IMG/VR virus record: IMGVR_UViG_3300047557_002430
Coordinates: 23,089-87,088 of that record
Strand: one strand, 5' to 3'
Length of the DNA stretch: 64,000 bases
Source: a virus
Part shown: positions 44,915 through 54,571 of the stretch, piece by piece
Numbering within the stretch: position 1 is the stretch's first letter
Layout of the letters: each line of letters starts with the position of its first letter
Position numbers and translations under genes: made by a program
The notes under the pieces: generated by a model
What the model was told of the DNA's origin: nothing
Database searches by the model: none
The model's input: the letters and a program-made list of their open reading frames with translations, nothing else

Positions 44915-45602
44915 GGTCTGCCTTGATTGGCTAACTCCTGAGTCTGAAAAAATTGTCGCGAAACATGCTCGGGTGTCCACAAAGGATCCTGAGCGTGGTG
45001 AGGTAGAAAAGTTACTTAAATACTGTATTAAGCACGGACACTGGAGCGTCTTTGAGCAGGTCTGTGCTTCTTTTGAGATCGTAACGACACGGGCTATTTC
45101 GCCTCAGATCTTACGCCACCGTAGTTTTACCTTTCAGGAGACAAGTCAGCGCTACTGCGATCCGCTCGATGTACTTGAGCAGGTGACTTTGCAGTGTCCG
45201 CTGTTTGATCTCCGAAAGCAGGACACAAAAAATCGTCAAAACAGTTTGGAGTTTGACGACGACTCCATTGAGGAGAAGTTCAGGTCTCGCATTGTTGAGT
45301 TGTTTGACCTGTCGCAAGAGCTTTACCACGATCTCTTAGAAGCAGGCGTGGCGAAAGAGTGTGCTCGCAATGCTCTCCTGATGTGCTCACCGACAAAACT
45401 TCACATGATGGGCACTGTGCGCAGTTGGATTTTTTATGTTGGTCTACGTAGCGCTCCCGGAACTCAAACAGAGCACCGTCTGATTTCAAACGCCATTGGG
45501 AACGTTTTGCGCGAAGAGCTTCCCATGATTATTGGCTCGGTTATCGAATGCGCTTACGATAATCCGAGCCTTTTAGGCTGGAAGTTTATTAACGCTGCAT
45601 AA
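44892..45602 (+). CDS. thyX: Flavin-dependent thymidylate synthase
   Basis: ARVS, HGHWSVFE, QILRHRSFTFQE.SQRY, GVAKECAR, TQ.EHR. Confidence 0.95.
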   Translation: MEASPLHKVCLDWLTPESEKIVAKHARVSTKDPERGEVEKLLKYCIKHGHWSVFEQVCASFEIVTTRAISPQILRHRSFTFQETSQRYCDPLDVLEQVTLQCPLFDLRKQDTKNRQNSLEFDDDSIEEKFRSRIVELFDLSQELYHDLLEAGVAKECARNALLMCSPTKLHMMGTVRSWIFYVGLRSAPGTQTEHRLISNAIGNVLREELPMIIGSVIECAYDNPSLLGWKFINAA

Positions 45603-45604
45603 GG

Positions 45605-45636
45605 CAAAACCGGGCTTGATTAGGCCCGGCTTCTCT
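45605..45636. terminator. Probable bidirectional terminator between convergent blocks
   Basis: ccgggctt-gatt-aggcccgg hairpin flanked by aaaa and ttctct. Confidence 0.6.
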
Positions 45637-45655
45637 GCCCATGCGCATTTACTAA

Positions 45656-46243
45656 CTATAAGAGATTATTCCAGGGGTCGTTAGGTTCTTTAGGAATATT
45701 TAAGGTTCCTACAGGAGGCTGAGGCACTGGCTGCGGTGGTTGACCTGCAGCCATCTGTAAACGCGCTAGTTCTGCTTTTAGGATCGCGTTCTGCTGCAGA
45801 ATCGGATCCGTTTGGCTTTTAGCCCACGCTTGGGCGTTGCTTGTCAGCTTGTCTAAAACGTTGGCAGGGTGCGGGAAATTGAAAACGTGACCTTGTTCGG
45901 TATTGATGTCCGCCGCTTTCTGGTCTTCGGCCAGGGCTTCCAGGAAACGCAAAGCCTGTTCCAGAGGAATATCCGATTCGATGCTGAGCTGCTGCGGACT
46001 AACTACGCCTCTATTTGCTTCATACAATTTTTTAAATGCTGCCGCTACACGAAAGGATTCGCGCATGTTCTCCTCTCGTTTTCGGGCAAGTTCACTCATT
46101 AAGGAGACGCCTGTTAGAGCACCTCCCATTGATGCCAGGGTGGGAGCAAACGCTGATGGTGCTGCAATCCCAGTTACAACCCCTGCAGTTAATCCGATTC
46201 CGAGGATACCGGCATACATGTTTCTAATTGTTTTGATCGTCAT
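45656..46243 (-). CDS. Membrane protein with winged-helix-like domain
   Basis: Two N-terminal hydrophobic segments; Pro/Gln-rich tail. Confidence 0.6.
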   Translation of the reverse strand: MTIKTIRNMYAGILGIGLTAGVVTGIAAPSAFAPTLASMGGALTGVSLMSELARKREENMRESFRVAAAFKKLYEANRGVVSPQQLSIESDIPLEQALRFLEALAEDQKAADINTEQGHVFNFPHPANVLDKLTSNAQAWAKSQTDPILQQNAILKAELARLQMAAGQPPQPVPQPPVGTLNIPKEPNDPWNNLL

Positions 46244-48992
46244 TAGTTTTTGGTGTGTCGTGCGTAGCGAAAGCTGGTTCCCAAATAGTCGGGTTCGACG
46301 CGTATTCTATAGGTGAAGGTAAACGCGTGTCTCCGCTTGCAGCTCGATCCGTGGAAACGTCATAGGGCTTGAGTCGCAGACCTTTAACGACAGCCTTACC
46401 GTTAATGAACTTAGGTTCGATGCCTTGGATCTTGAGAACGTTGTTCACAGTTTCTTTAAGGCGATCGACGAAGCGAGGCTTCGCTGCAGCTTTATAGCCA
46501 TTTGATTTGGCAAAGTTTGCGTAGGACGCATAGATTTCATGGTATGCGTTCTTAACGTATAGACCCCTTTCTTGTTCGTCAATGCTGGGACGGAAAGCAC
46601 CACCACCCAACACCGTGGAGCTATTGGGAGCGTAGAGGCAGCATTCTGCAAGCCAAGCACAAATAGGGTTATTGAAAATAAGAGCTTCTAAGTTTGTGAC
46701 GTTAAGATGCGGGCAGTATTTAACGGGATTAGCGAGTACATCACGCATCTCCTCATACTTCATGCTGAGGCACCAGGCTGCAATCCCTGGCAGTTCTTTT
46801 GCGAACTCCCCTTCGATCCGATCGCTATATACGCTGATCAGGTCGCGCCTCTGTGATGCTGGGATCACGTTGTTCATGATGATCGTCAGGCGACGACGCT
46901 CCAGACCACTACTAATGTCGGAAGAGCTGATGTGTTCGTTACTAGCAATAGAAACAAGAAGCTCAGGCTTGAAGTTGATTACCTGAGTTCCGTACTTACG
47001 CTCAGCCCTAAGTGTGTCGGATGCTGAAGTCAGCTTCTTCAGTGTGTCGAGTCGCTTGCTGAACGATGCCTCGTCCGTCAGGAGCAACAGGCGCTTGCCG
47101 ATCAGACTGTGCGCCTCGAACCGGTTGGTTTCGATCGTTTCTAGATCGCTTGTATGGGTTCCGCTGTAGCCAGCGAGCGCAATCAGTACCTGCTGCAGCG
47201 TGGATTTACCGGAGCCACCAGCACCAATGAGGTGCAGGAATCGCTCACCTGTTGTGTATCCCGTCAGAACTGCTCGGCAGAAGGCTTGAATCAGGATTAC
47301 TTTGTCGGGTTCAACAGCCCAACTAAGCCACTTAAGAAACTCTGGGCATGAAGCGTTTAGATCAAAGTCGTAAGCAAGTTTCGTTTGGAAGTAAAGGTCT
47401 TTTTGGTTTCCTTGTGTGAACTCCTGAGTCTTCGTGTTCAGCACACCGTTGTTAAAGGCAACCAGCCCTCGATTCGCTTGCCAAATAGAGTTACGACCAC
47501 CGTTTACAGACTTAAGCAGTTTGGCTTTAAGAATGTGAAATACGGAGCTTACGGTTGCAGAGTTGTATCTGTTTAGAACACCAGCATTAATAAAAGTGTC
47601 GAGCGTTTTTACGATGCGCTTTTTGATGTGTTGCTCATCGTTGATGTACCAAATGCCTTCGTCTTCGTCGTATGTAAAGAACTCGTCTAAACCGGAATCG
47701 AACAGAAAGCGATCCCCGTAGTTATTTACAATTACGTCCGCAATATCGTTCTCGGAGAACTGTCTATTGTTTGATTGAATCTGAACCAATTGAGCGGGAG
47801 TGCTCGGCGTGGGAGAAGGAGCCATTTGAGGTGTTGATCTTGAAGTTGGATTTGGATTTGATGGAGCTGTTGGATCTTCGATGACCAGCACCGAATTGAT
47901 CGGCTGAGGTTTGTTCTGTTTGAGCGAGTCGAGAACAGACTGAGGGCAGTATGTCTCGAAGATCACCTTATTTACAGACTTTATCTTTTTCCAGACAGCA
48001 GCCTCGCCGTTTTCGGACGCGATTGCGATGGCCGGTTGCAGCTCTGCTGGATCACTGATGCTGTTCAGGATGCGATCGAATTTGCCATCAAGCTCTGGGG
48101 CGTAGTCGTAGATATTCTCGAACACATGGTTCGCTGTGTCAAGGGGGTTCCTTTGTACTGGTATGCCTCGCTCGTTAAGCCAGTTGCACCAACCAATGAT
48201 TTCCTTGAATGCCGCCGCCATAGCTGACGAACGATCGGCTACCTCCTCTCCTTCCAAGATGGCCCGTACCGAGCCGCTAACCACCCGGTCCAGTCGAACC
48301 CCCGTGGGATCGACAGTAGCTGTCAGGGCCTCTGCTGGAGCGCTTTCACCATCTGCCTGTTTTGGTATCGATAAATAAGTTTTGTACGCTTCATCAACTT
48401 TCTCTGCCGGGATGAAGTTTTCGCTTATGTAAATTGTTTGCTTTTGCTCTGTAGATCCGTAAGCTCCGTAAAACAAGTTTGGAACTTGTGTTGCCCGAAT
48501 ATCACTGCCGGGAATTTGTGCCGATATCTGACGAGTAAACCACTGGTAAAAGCCAGTATCGAGTATGGGCTTTTCTAAGCCGAAAACTAATCTAAACCTT
48601 GGCCAATCTTTAGTGTGACTAGGAGAGTAGTAACTAAAGCTCAGGTACTTTTTACAGATATCTAGTTCTAGTGCTTGGTGTTCGTCTAGTTCTTGTTTTT
48701 GGATTTTATTTCCGTCCTCATCTTTTCCGTCTGCTTGATTATCTATGTCGATTATTATTAAGCCTGCTTTTATACAACCTGTTTCGTTTTTAGTACGCTT
48801 ACCTTCAATTAGGTGCCACGCACAGAGCCCATAACTTTCGCTTACGTTATGCGCTATTTCTTCAATGGTGCCTTCAAGAGCTTCCCAGTTCTCATTGAAG
48901 GCTTTGAAGTTCCCGCCGACACCTATTTTTCCCGTTCGGGGATTTAGATGTTTGGAGACCTCTTGATTCCGGCTGAAGAAAAAACGCATCAC
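46224..48992 (-). CDS. Primase-polymerase / D5-like SF3 helicase
   Basis: N-terminal IIIDID and SPSH...PRFRL; D5_N AF.NG.L; Walker A GAGGSGKS, LLTDE, ASN, RR. Confidence 0.9.
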   Translation of the reverse strand: MMRFFFSRNQEVSKHLNPRTGKIGVGGNFKAFNENWEALEGTIEEIAHNVSESYGLCAWHLIEGKRTKNETGCIKAGLIIIDIDNQADGKDEDGNKIQKQELDEHQALELDICKKYLSFSYYSPSHTKDWPRFRLVFGLEKPILDTGFYQWFTRQISAQIPGSDIRATQVPNLFYGAYGSTEQKQTIYISENFIPAEKVDEAYKTYLSIPKQADGESAPAEALTATVDPTGVRLDRVVSGSVRAILEGEEVADRSSAMAAAFKEIIGWCNWLNERGIPVQRNPLDTANHVFENIYDYAPELDGKFDRILNSISDPAELQPAIAIASENGEAAVWKKIKSVNKVIFETYCPQSVLDSLKQNKPQPINSVLVIEDPTAPSNPNPTSRSTPQMAPSPTPSTPAQLVQIQSNNRQFSENDIADVIVNNYGDRFLFDSGLDEFFTYDEDEGIWYINDEQHIKKRIVKTLDTFINAGVLNRYNSATVSSVFHILKAKLLKSVNGGRNSIWQANRGLVAFNNGVLNTKTQEFTQGNQKDLYFQTKLAYDFDLNASCPEFLKWLSWAVEPDKVILIQAFCRAVLTGYTTGERFLHLIGAGGSGKSTLQQVLIALAGYSGTHTSDLETIETNRFEAHSLIGKRLLLLTDEASFSKRLDTLKKLTSASDTLRAERKYGTQVINFKPELLVSIASNEHISSSDISSGLERRRLTIIMNNVIPASQRRDLISVYSDRIEGEFAKELPGIAAWCLSMKYEEMRDVLANPVKYCPHLNVTNLEALIFNNPICAWLAECCLYAPNSSTVLGGGAFRPSIDEQERGLYVKNAYHEIYASYANFAKSNGYKAAAKPRFVDRLKETVNNVLKIQGIEPKFINGKAVVKGLRLKPYDVSTDRAASGDTRLPSPIEYASNPTIWEPAFATHDTPKTNDDQNN

Positions 48993-49049
48993 AGAAGCCC
49001 GCCGGGATATTGTGGCACGGCTGCCCCGGCGTGGCGACCGAAGAAAGCC

Positions 49050-49829
49050 TTAAGGCGCGGTTTGAAGATTGTAGAACTTTTTAAGGACTTCCATCCACTG
49101 TTCTTCATGTTTTTCGATGTCATTTTTACCAAAAGTGAAAACTTGAACTGAAAATTCCGGAATAGCTGTTGAGACGATGATTTGTGTTTTATCGATCGAA
49201 ATGCCTAAGCATTTTTCCGCCGCTAACTTATACGCGGCTAATTGAAGTTGTGTTTTCTTTAGTTTGAATACTCCTGAGATTAAGGCTCTCCTCAGCTTGT
49301 CATCGATGTTTGAACCAGCTCGTGGGAACTTGTAACTATAAGGTCCAACCGACGTTTTAAAGTCACCTAAAACTGTTTCTCCGTTTCCGTCTATGTAAAT
49401 AATGTCGCAGCATCCTGCGTATCCATAACCTGTTATTTCGTCGTAATAATGAATACGTCCTACACCATCGTCCCCTACATATTTAGACCACTGAGGTTGG
49501 TTATAAGGTTTTTCTGACCATAATACTTTTCCGTTGCCTAGAAGCTCTTCTAGCTTCTCAGGCATACCATCCCAGTAAGGTTTGTACTCCTTCGGAGGTT
49601 CTACTTGTAATCCACGGATCCAGTTCTCTGTAGCAGAGTGGATCCACGTCCCACGCTCTGCCGCTTTCTCGGCAACGCCAGGATTCAGGATGTTCCAATG
49701 CGCCAGTTTTTTCTGTGTTTCCTCTGTCTGTGTAGCCGAGAGGACACTCGTTACCGAAGGCAGTGGTTTAGAAACACCAGCGCATTGGTAATGACGTAAG
49801 CCGTTAAGGGTTAACCGTGTTTGGGACAC
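49050..49829 (-). CDS. PD-(D/E)XK exonuclease
   Basis: LPSVT.VL, RGT.IH, AG..D ... DFKTS, QLAAY. Confidence 0.85.
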   Translation of the reverse strand: MSQTRLTLNGLRHYQCAGVSKPLPSVTSVLSATQTEETQKKLAHWNILNPGVAEKAAERGTWIHSATENWIRGLQVEPPKEYKPYWDGMPEKLEELLGNGKVLWSEKPYNQPQWSKYVGDDGVGRIHYYDEITGYGYAGCCDIIYIDGNGETVLGDFKTSVGPYSYKFPRAGSNIDDKLRRALISGVFKLKKTQLQLAAYKLAAEKCLGISIDKTQIIVSTAIPEFSVQVFTFGKNDIEKHEEQWMEVLKKFYNLQTAP

Positions 49830-49868
49830 AATTTTGTGTCGAATTAAACAAATGCTAACCCTTTTTCA

Positions 49869-50228
49869 TTAAAACGTCAGGGAAGGATGGCTTTGGGACG
49901 GGCCTTCATCATCGTCATCATCTGACTCATAATTGTTTTGACTATCGTCTTCGTCATCATCCACAAAAAATTCAGATCGTTGGTAATCGAATTCCTTGCT
50001 GTGTGCGTTCAGATCTTCTGATAAGCACATGCCTGCACAGAAACTCTCTGTAACAATCTCTGCGCACTCAATGGCAGTGCGTGGCTGCCCTTCGGGTGAC
50101 ACACACTCCTGCAGGAGTTGATTAGAAATCAACAGAGAGCAAACTTTGTCAAGCTTTGCGTTCGTAATGATTAGCTGCTCAAGAATAGACTTCTGGAACG
50201 CCTCGAACTTCTGTGATTTTGATGACAT
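49869..50228 (-). CDS. Acidic-tailed hypothetical protein
   Basis: Probable start MSSKSQ, TAATG-coupled; Asp-rich C-terminus. Confidence 0.55.
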   Translation of the reverse strand: MSSKSQKFEAFQKSILEQLIITNAKLDKVCSLLISNQLLQECVSPEGQPRTAIECAEIVTESFCAGMCLSEDLNAHSKEFDYQRSEFFVDDDEDDSQNNYESDDDDDEGPSQSHPSLTF

Positions 50229-50767
50229 TACTCTAGGGGCGGCAGGGGGTCTACGCGGTCCCAATTTAAGCCGAAGGACACTTGTGTGCCATCCCGCCAC
50301 TTGTCGGGGTGCTGAAAAACAAACCAGCAGCTTGTTACCGAATCCTTCGTGGAACCAATCGCCCTGAACTTAGGGCGCGGGTTCAGCACGATCATGTTCG
50401 ATAGTTTGTTCTTTAGTAAAAAGGTTTTTCTCCTGGCCACTGGTTCGATGAAGGACAACCGATCCAGAACTGCGATGCCTTCCTTAGCAATCTGCATTCC
50501 GTATTCCAGAATGTACTCGGTGTATTGACCGAGACCCATGGTCGAGGCAATAACCCAGTCGTAGTTCTTTTGTTTTTCAGATACCCACCAAATGGGATCC
50601 GTAAGGTTCTCCTCGACTTCGTTTCGAGTCACCTGGAAATTATGAGATCGAAGATGATCACTTAAAATTCCTAAAGGATCATGCGGGACGAGAATCGATC
50701 CGGTGATGTAGCTGTGCTTGATCAGCGCGTGGGTCACGCCCTTAGGGATGCTGTAGAACGTTGTCAA
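50228..50767 (-). CDS. DNA methyltransferase homologue with both key motifs degenerate
   Basis: FY..P...T.AL ... G.IL.P ... DWVI ... L.RLSF.E...R ... R..F ... D.VT..WFV.; lacks the EPxxGxG and NPP[FY] motifs. Confidence 0.6.
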   Translation of the reverse strand: MTTFYSIPKGVTHALIKHSYITGSILVPHDPLGILSDHLRSHNFQVTRNEVEENLTDPIWWVSEKQKNYDWVIASTMGLGQYTEYILEYGMQIAKEGIAVLDRLSFIEPVARRKTFLLKNKLSNMIVLNPRPKFRAIGSTKDSVTSCWFVFQHPDKWRDGTQVSFGLNWDRVDPLPPLE

Positions 50768-50858
50768 AACCTTTGATGATGAGGGTTTGCTGAGCTTAGC
50801 GATTATTTCCGAATCTGGCTGGTATTAGCATTTATAGTAAGCACACACGCTCTAAAGA

Positions 50859-51428
50859 TTATGTTAAATCTTGAGTGGACAACACCTGAACAGAATTTTC
50901 TGCATCAACGAGTGTTGATGGATGCGAAGAAGTTAGATAAGGAGCAGCTTCTTGAGATTTTTGAGATTGTGCATAAGCAGTATTTAATTCGGGGGCATCT
51001 ATTTGCATGTTTGTCCAAATGGTGTGCTCAAAATGGCGTAACATTGCCTGCCTTTTCTGAGCTGTTAGAACCCAAAAAAGTTGACCATCCTGCGGAATAC
51101 AATCAAAACCCAGTCTCTCCACGTACCTCGACAGATTCTGAGCTTTTTTGAAGTCATTTTTAATGAGTATGTGGTGATCGTTTGGGGCTCGAAATATTGC
51201 CTTAGCTACTAAGACGTAGCAAGCTCTTAGCTGTTTTAGTGTCTTCTTTTTTTGTTCTTTTAAAGCTCTGCGCCTGCGTTTGTTGTTTCGACTTTCGCAC
51301 CAATCGTTCGATGCTCGCTTGGATTTATTCACGATGAGAGCCAGGTTTAAAACTCGTGGAGCTATGAGGTGCAGGTAAAGCGAGCACCAGAAGGAGTCTG
51401 ATTTAGTCCGGAATAGAATTCGCTTCAT
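50859..51428 (-). CDS. Basic hypothetical protein (3' part antisense to nblA)
   Basis: First ~120 aa look protein-like (..KSKRA.NDW ... RY..RLGF); tail overlaps nblA. Confidence 0.45.
   Translation of the reverse strand: MKRILFRTKSDSFWCSLYLHLIAPRVLNLALIVNKSKRASNDWCESRNNKRRRRALKEQKKKTLKQLRACYVLVAKAIFRAPNDHHILIKNDFKKAQNLSRYVERLGFDCIPQDGQLFWVLTAQKRQAMLRHFEHTIWTNMQIDAPELNTAYAQSQKSQEAAPYLTSSHPSTLVDAENSVQVLSTQDLT
50861..51151 (+). CDS. nblA: NblA-like phycobilisome degradation protein
   Basis: TPEQNF....V...AK.LDKEQL....E...KQY..R..LF..L; lone + strand gene with its own -10-like TATAGT. Confidence 0.7.
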   Translation: MLNLEWTTPEQNFLHQRVLMDAKKLDKEQLLEIFEIVHKQYLIRGHLFACLSKWCAQNGVTLPAFSELLEPKKVDHPAEYNQNPVSPRTSTDSELF

Positions 51429-51457
51429 AAAAAAAGAGACCGGCAGTGCCGATCTCT
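51429..51457 (-). terminator. Rho-independent terminator (minus strand)
   Basis: agagaccggc-agt-gccgatctct preceded by an A run on +. Confidence 0.7.
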
Positions 51458-51480
51458 AGCTCCCCAATGTTCAATGTCCC

Positions 51481-52302
51481 TCAGAATTCTAACCCAAGGG
51501 CCTTTGCCTGTTCTTCCGTCAGTTGGACTGCTTTCTTAGGCTTGGCCGACGGAGGTTCGTCAGTTGCACCCGCATCATCCACACCAGCAGACTGCAGAGA
51601 CTTAGTAGCAACGTAGCCTCCCGCCAGAGGTTTCTGGTCTTGCCTTGGATTCGCTTCCGCAAACTGGGCCTTGATCTGCGCATGATCTGAGCCAAGAGGT
51701 AGCTCAACCAGATTCGATCCAGGAATGTGAGACTTGAGCGCCGCCGTGGCAAGCGATGTTCCTGTCGTTGCAAGCCAGTCATTTACGTCTGTAATTAAGG
51801 AAGCCTCCTCTTCATTTGCAGGGGGACGGTCTGTAAATTCAAGTGCGTTGAAGTTGATCTTTGCGCCATCTGCTCCGGTGAGCGGATCGCGTTCGTTGAA
51901 GCTACGCGTTACGAACTTGCTTGAGGTGATTACGGATGCGCAGTTAATACGATTGTTGTACAGCGTTTGGAAGTAGCTGATAAAGTTCTTCTGAGATGAT
52001 TTACCAGAAATCATCGAGGTTGTTACACAGCGAGGAGGCAACAACCTATGGTTCGGAGTGACTCCGATGTAGGCGATGCGAATAAATTCCTCGTGGTTGC
52101 GCAGACCTAAATTGCCGAAGAACGGAGTGAAACCCAGCAAAATAAATTCGATGGGAATCCCGTTATCGTTCCTGTCAACAATTGCGCTGTCCGGATCAAC
52201 GTCAGACTTCCAGCGTCGTGCTTGTAGATCAATCCGAAGCGTGTGAGGAGGAAGATTGCAGAGGATTTCGTCAGCCGAGAATTGTCCAGCGATGAAGACC
52301 AT
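51481..52302 (-). CDS. Replication-module protein (possible ssDNA-binding/annealing protein)
   Basis: Next to SSB; flexible C-terminus ending LGLEF; followed by terminator; function inferred. Confidence 0.5.
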   Translation of the reverse strand: MVFIAGQFSADEILCNLPPHTLRIDLQARRWKSDVDPDSAIVDRNDNGIPIEFILLGFTPFFGNLGLRNHEEFIRIAYIGVTPNHRLLPPRCVTTSMISGKSSQKNFISYFQTLYNNRINCASVITSSKFVTRSFNERDPLTGADGAKINFNALEFTDRPPANEEEASLITDVNDWLATTGTSLATAALKSHIPGSNLVELPLGSDHAQIKAQFAEANPRQDQKPLAGGYVATKSLQSAGVDDAGATDEPPSAKPKKAVQLTEEQAKALGLEF

Positions 52303-52314
52303 GATTAGTCAGAA

Positions 52315-52959
52315 TCAGAGAGAGAAATCAATCGAACCGAGAGCTGCTGCCGCCACACGACCCTTCTCAGGATCTGCAGCTTTTTTTGGAGCAGACTTAG
52401 AAGTTTTGGGAAGGTAGAGAACCTTATCCAGGTTGTAGTTTAGATAGAACTTTTCGTCTTTCTCACTGGTCGAGACCTTACCGACAGCGATGGTCGGTGT
52501 TCCCGGAGCGAGTTCAGAAAGTTGCTTAGAAAGTTCAGCCCAGGCAGTCAGCTTGAACCACGCTGTCTCTCCGTTATCAGCTTGCCAAGCAAGAGAACGG
52601 TTAGTAACAGTAGTGTCTGAGAGTTCAACCTCTTCGGACTTAGGCCCAAGTCCACCCGTGGCGATGAACAGGTTTATGGCAAGGAGATCATCAAAGTTCT
52701 CTTTAGTTACAACCAACATTGGTTGCATCTGAAGAACCCCGTCGATGGTGGGCCGGGTCGGACCTAAAGCTAGGACCGTATCGTTTTCGTTCAGTTCCTT
52801 TAAGAGTTTGCCGACGTAGTGAGTTGAACTTTGAAGAAGCTGAACCTTGGTCGGGACTCGTTTGTCGTTCGACGGTAGAGATTCCGCCAGGACGTTCAGG
52901 ATTCCCTCGTCTTCTTGCGCTGCCGCAGTGACGCGGAGACCGAGGATGAACACGTTCAT
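52315..52959 (-). CDS. ssb: Tandem OB-fold single-stranded DNA-binding protein
   Basis: Two SSB-like units: MN..ILG ... L...D.V...G and IN...TG.LG ... T.WF.LTAW..L...L..G..I.VG; C-terminal DFSL. Confidence 0.7.
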   Translation of the reverse strand: MNVFILGLRVTAAAQEDEGILNVLAESLPSNDKRVPTKVQLLQSSTHYVGKLLKELNENDTVLALGPTRPTIDGVLQMQPMLVVTKENFDDLLAINLFIATGGLGPKSEEVELSDTTVTNRSLAWQADNGETAWFKLTAWAELSKQLSELAPGTPTIAVGKVSTSEKDEKFYLNYNLDKVLYLPKTSKSAPKKAADPEKGRVAAAALGSIDFSL

Positions 52960-53489
52960 CGTTTTAAGTTTCTGTAGATCGTTGAGCGGTGGACGTTGAG
53001 GGCCAAAGCGGTCTGGGCGACCCCAGTGCCTTGGCCCCGATAGGCTAGGAGCAATTTCAGATCTCCGCTAGTCAGTTTGGAATTTTTTTCAGGCAGATAT
53101 TTAAAGTGATATGGGTTTATGCAATTTTTATTATTACAAGATGGTTTTATCACGTTATCTTCTGGTATGTCTAAGTAACTTAAAATTATTTTTCTTATGT
53201 AAAAACGTTGACCTAACACGTACGTGCATGGCACCCCGTTAGCTACGGGGTAATCCCACTCATCGCAACAGTCATGTGTAAATTTATTGAACGCTAGACG
53301 CTCAAATAAGTCAGATAGCGTACTGTGTTTTTTAGAGGAGTAAGTGAGTAAATATTTATCCGCTTTCAGCGCCCGATGTATATCCTTAGCTTGAGCCTGA
53401 GCGTGGTTGTTGTCATGCGCAGCTAAGGATAGCCAGCAGTGTTTGTTTGCTTTAACTACCTTTAGTCCGTAGTTCTGAGTAATGCTCAC
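52956..53489 (-). CDS. Degenerate His-Me finger + C-terminal HTH protein
   Basis: IKPSCNNKNCINPYH; NSKLT..D ... A.ALNVHRSTIYR. Confidence 0.65.
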   Translation of the reverse strand: MSITQNYGLKVVKANKHCWLSLAAHDNNHAQAQAKDIHRALKADKYLLTYSSKKHSTLSDLFERLAFNKFTHDCCDEWDYPVANGVPCTYVLGQRFYIRKIILSYLDIPEDNVIKPSCNNKNCINPYHFKYLPEKNSKLTSGDLKLLLAYRGQGTGVAQTALALNVHRSTIYRNLKR

Positions 53490-53521
53490 ATAAAACTGTT
53501 GTTTACGTGAGCATATCAGGT

Positions 53522-54496
53522 TCAGCGCCGGGCGCTTGCGTACTCAGGGCTGGATTGGAAACCGGAGATTAGCTGACTCCATTCAGATGAAGTTAAGCCT
53601 TTATCGGCGAACACAGGGTTTGCGGTCCAGCTAGAAACCTCGGAAGAGGAAGGAGTACGTCCCAGTTGAGTTTGGTACAGGTACTTAACAGCTTCCTCAG
53701 GGGTCTGAGGATTCGGGTTTTCTGGGGTAAAGCTACGTGTAGGAGCTGGAGCCGGTGCAGGAGCGGGAGTAGAAGCAGGAGCCGGTGCAGGCGTGGGAGT
53801 CGCGGCACTGACCGGCTCTTGAGTACGAGCAGGTAAGCCGCCTTTCGGCACGGTGTATGTGCTGCCCGGTGTGTTTCTCTTAAGTCCTAAATATTCTGTG
53901 CTTGTTTCAAACCCTCGGTTCAGTTGCTCCCATTCCCCTGCGGTTAAGCCTTTATCCTCAAACACGGGGTTAGTTAACCAGCTTTGAATTTCAGATTCTG
54001 CTGGAGTTCGGCCGAGTTTACTTTCGTAAAGCGCTGTAATTGCTTCCCTAGGTGATTGCGGGTTGGGATTCAGAGCTTTAAACACACGCTCCTGCCCTTG
54101 GAACAGATCTCTGGTGTCTTCGACGGGTTTAGTTGTTTGATCCTCTTTCTTCGGACTCGTCGTTTCGGTTGTGCTTTGACTCTTCTTCCATTCGTCTAAG
54201 AATTTTTGCATCGACTGATTAAGTAAGTCACCAACATTGGTTTGCTGCGTCGGCTGTGCCGTTGGTTGTGTTGTCGGCTGCGTCGTTGGCTGTGGTTTAG
54301 GTGCAGGAGCTGTAAATGCCTGCATTGCAGGGCTACCGCTACCGCGACCTAAACGTCCGCCACGCCCTCCTTTACCACCAAGTTTGCTGTATAACTGAAG
54401 TTCAGGGAAATACTGAGCTAGCGCTGACTTGCTTTCCTCTTTGTCTTCTACGGGAAAACCAAACCCGAAAACATCCCCAGCTAACCGGTCGTCCAT
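53522..54496 (-). CDS. Protein with two DUF4214/PBS-linker-like repeats and Pro/Thr linkers; N-terminal RLAG
   Basis: Two ~60-aa repeats NPNPQ.P.EA...LY...LGRTP..SE..SW..NPVF.DKGLT..EW.QL..GF..S.EY. Confidence 0.65.
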   Translation of the reverse strand: MDDRLAGDVFGFGFPVEDKEESKSALAQYFPELQLYSKLGGKGGRGGRLGRGSGSPAMQAFTAPAPKPQPTTQPTTQPTAQPTQQTNVGDLLNQSMQKFLDEWKKSQSTTETTSPKKEDQTTKPVEDTRDLFQGQERVFKALNPNPQSPREAITALYESKLGRTPAESEIQSWLTNPVFEDKGLTAGEWEQLNRGFETSTEYLGLKRNTPGSTYTVPKGGLPARTQEPVSAATPTPAPAPASTPAPAPAPAPTRSFTPENPNPQTPEEAVKYLYQTQLGRTPSSSEVSSWTANPVFADKGLTSSEWSQLISGFQSSPEYASARR

Positions 54497-54571
54497 CTTA
54501 TAGGTGGGTAAGCGCGCTTTAAAATTATATTAGCAACGGATCTATAATCCCGACCTTACTCTCCACACACA

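Noticed and set aside
49050-49829. Cas4/CRISPR association of the PD-(D/E)XK nuclease
   Set aside because: No Fe-S cysteine cluster, array or other cas genes; fits an ordinary phage replication exonuclease
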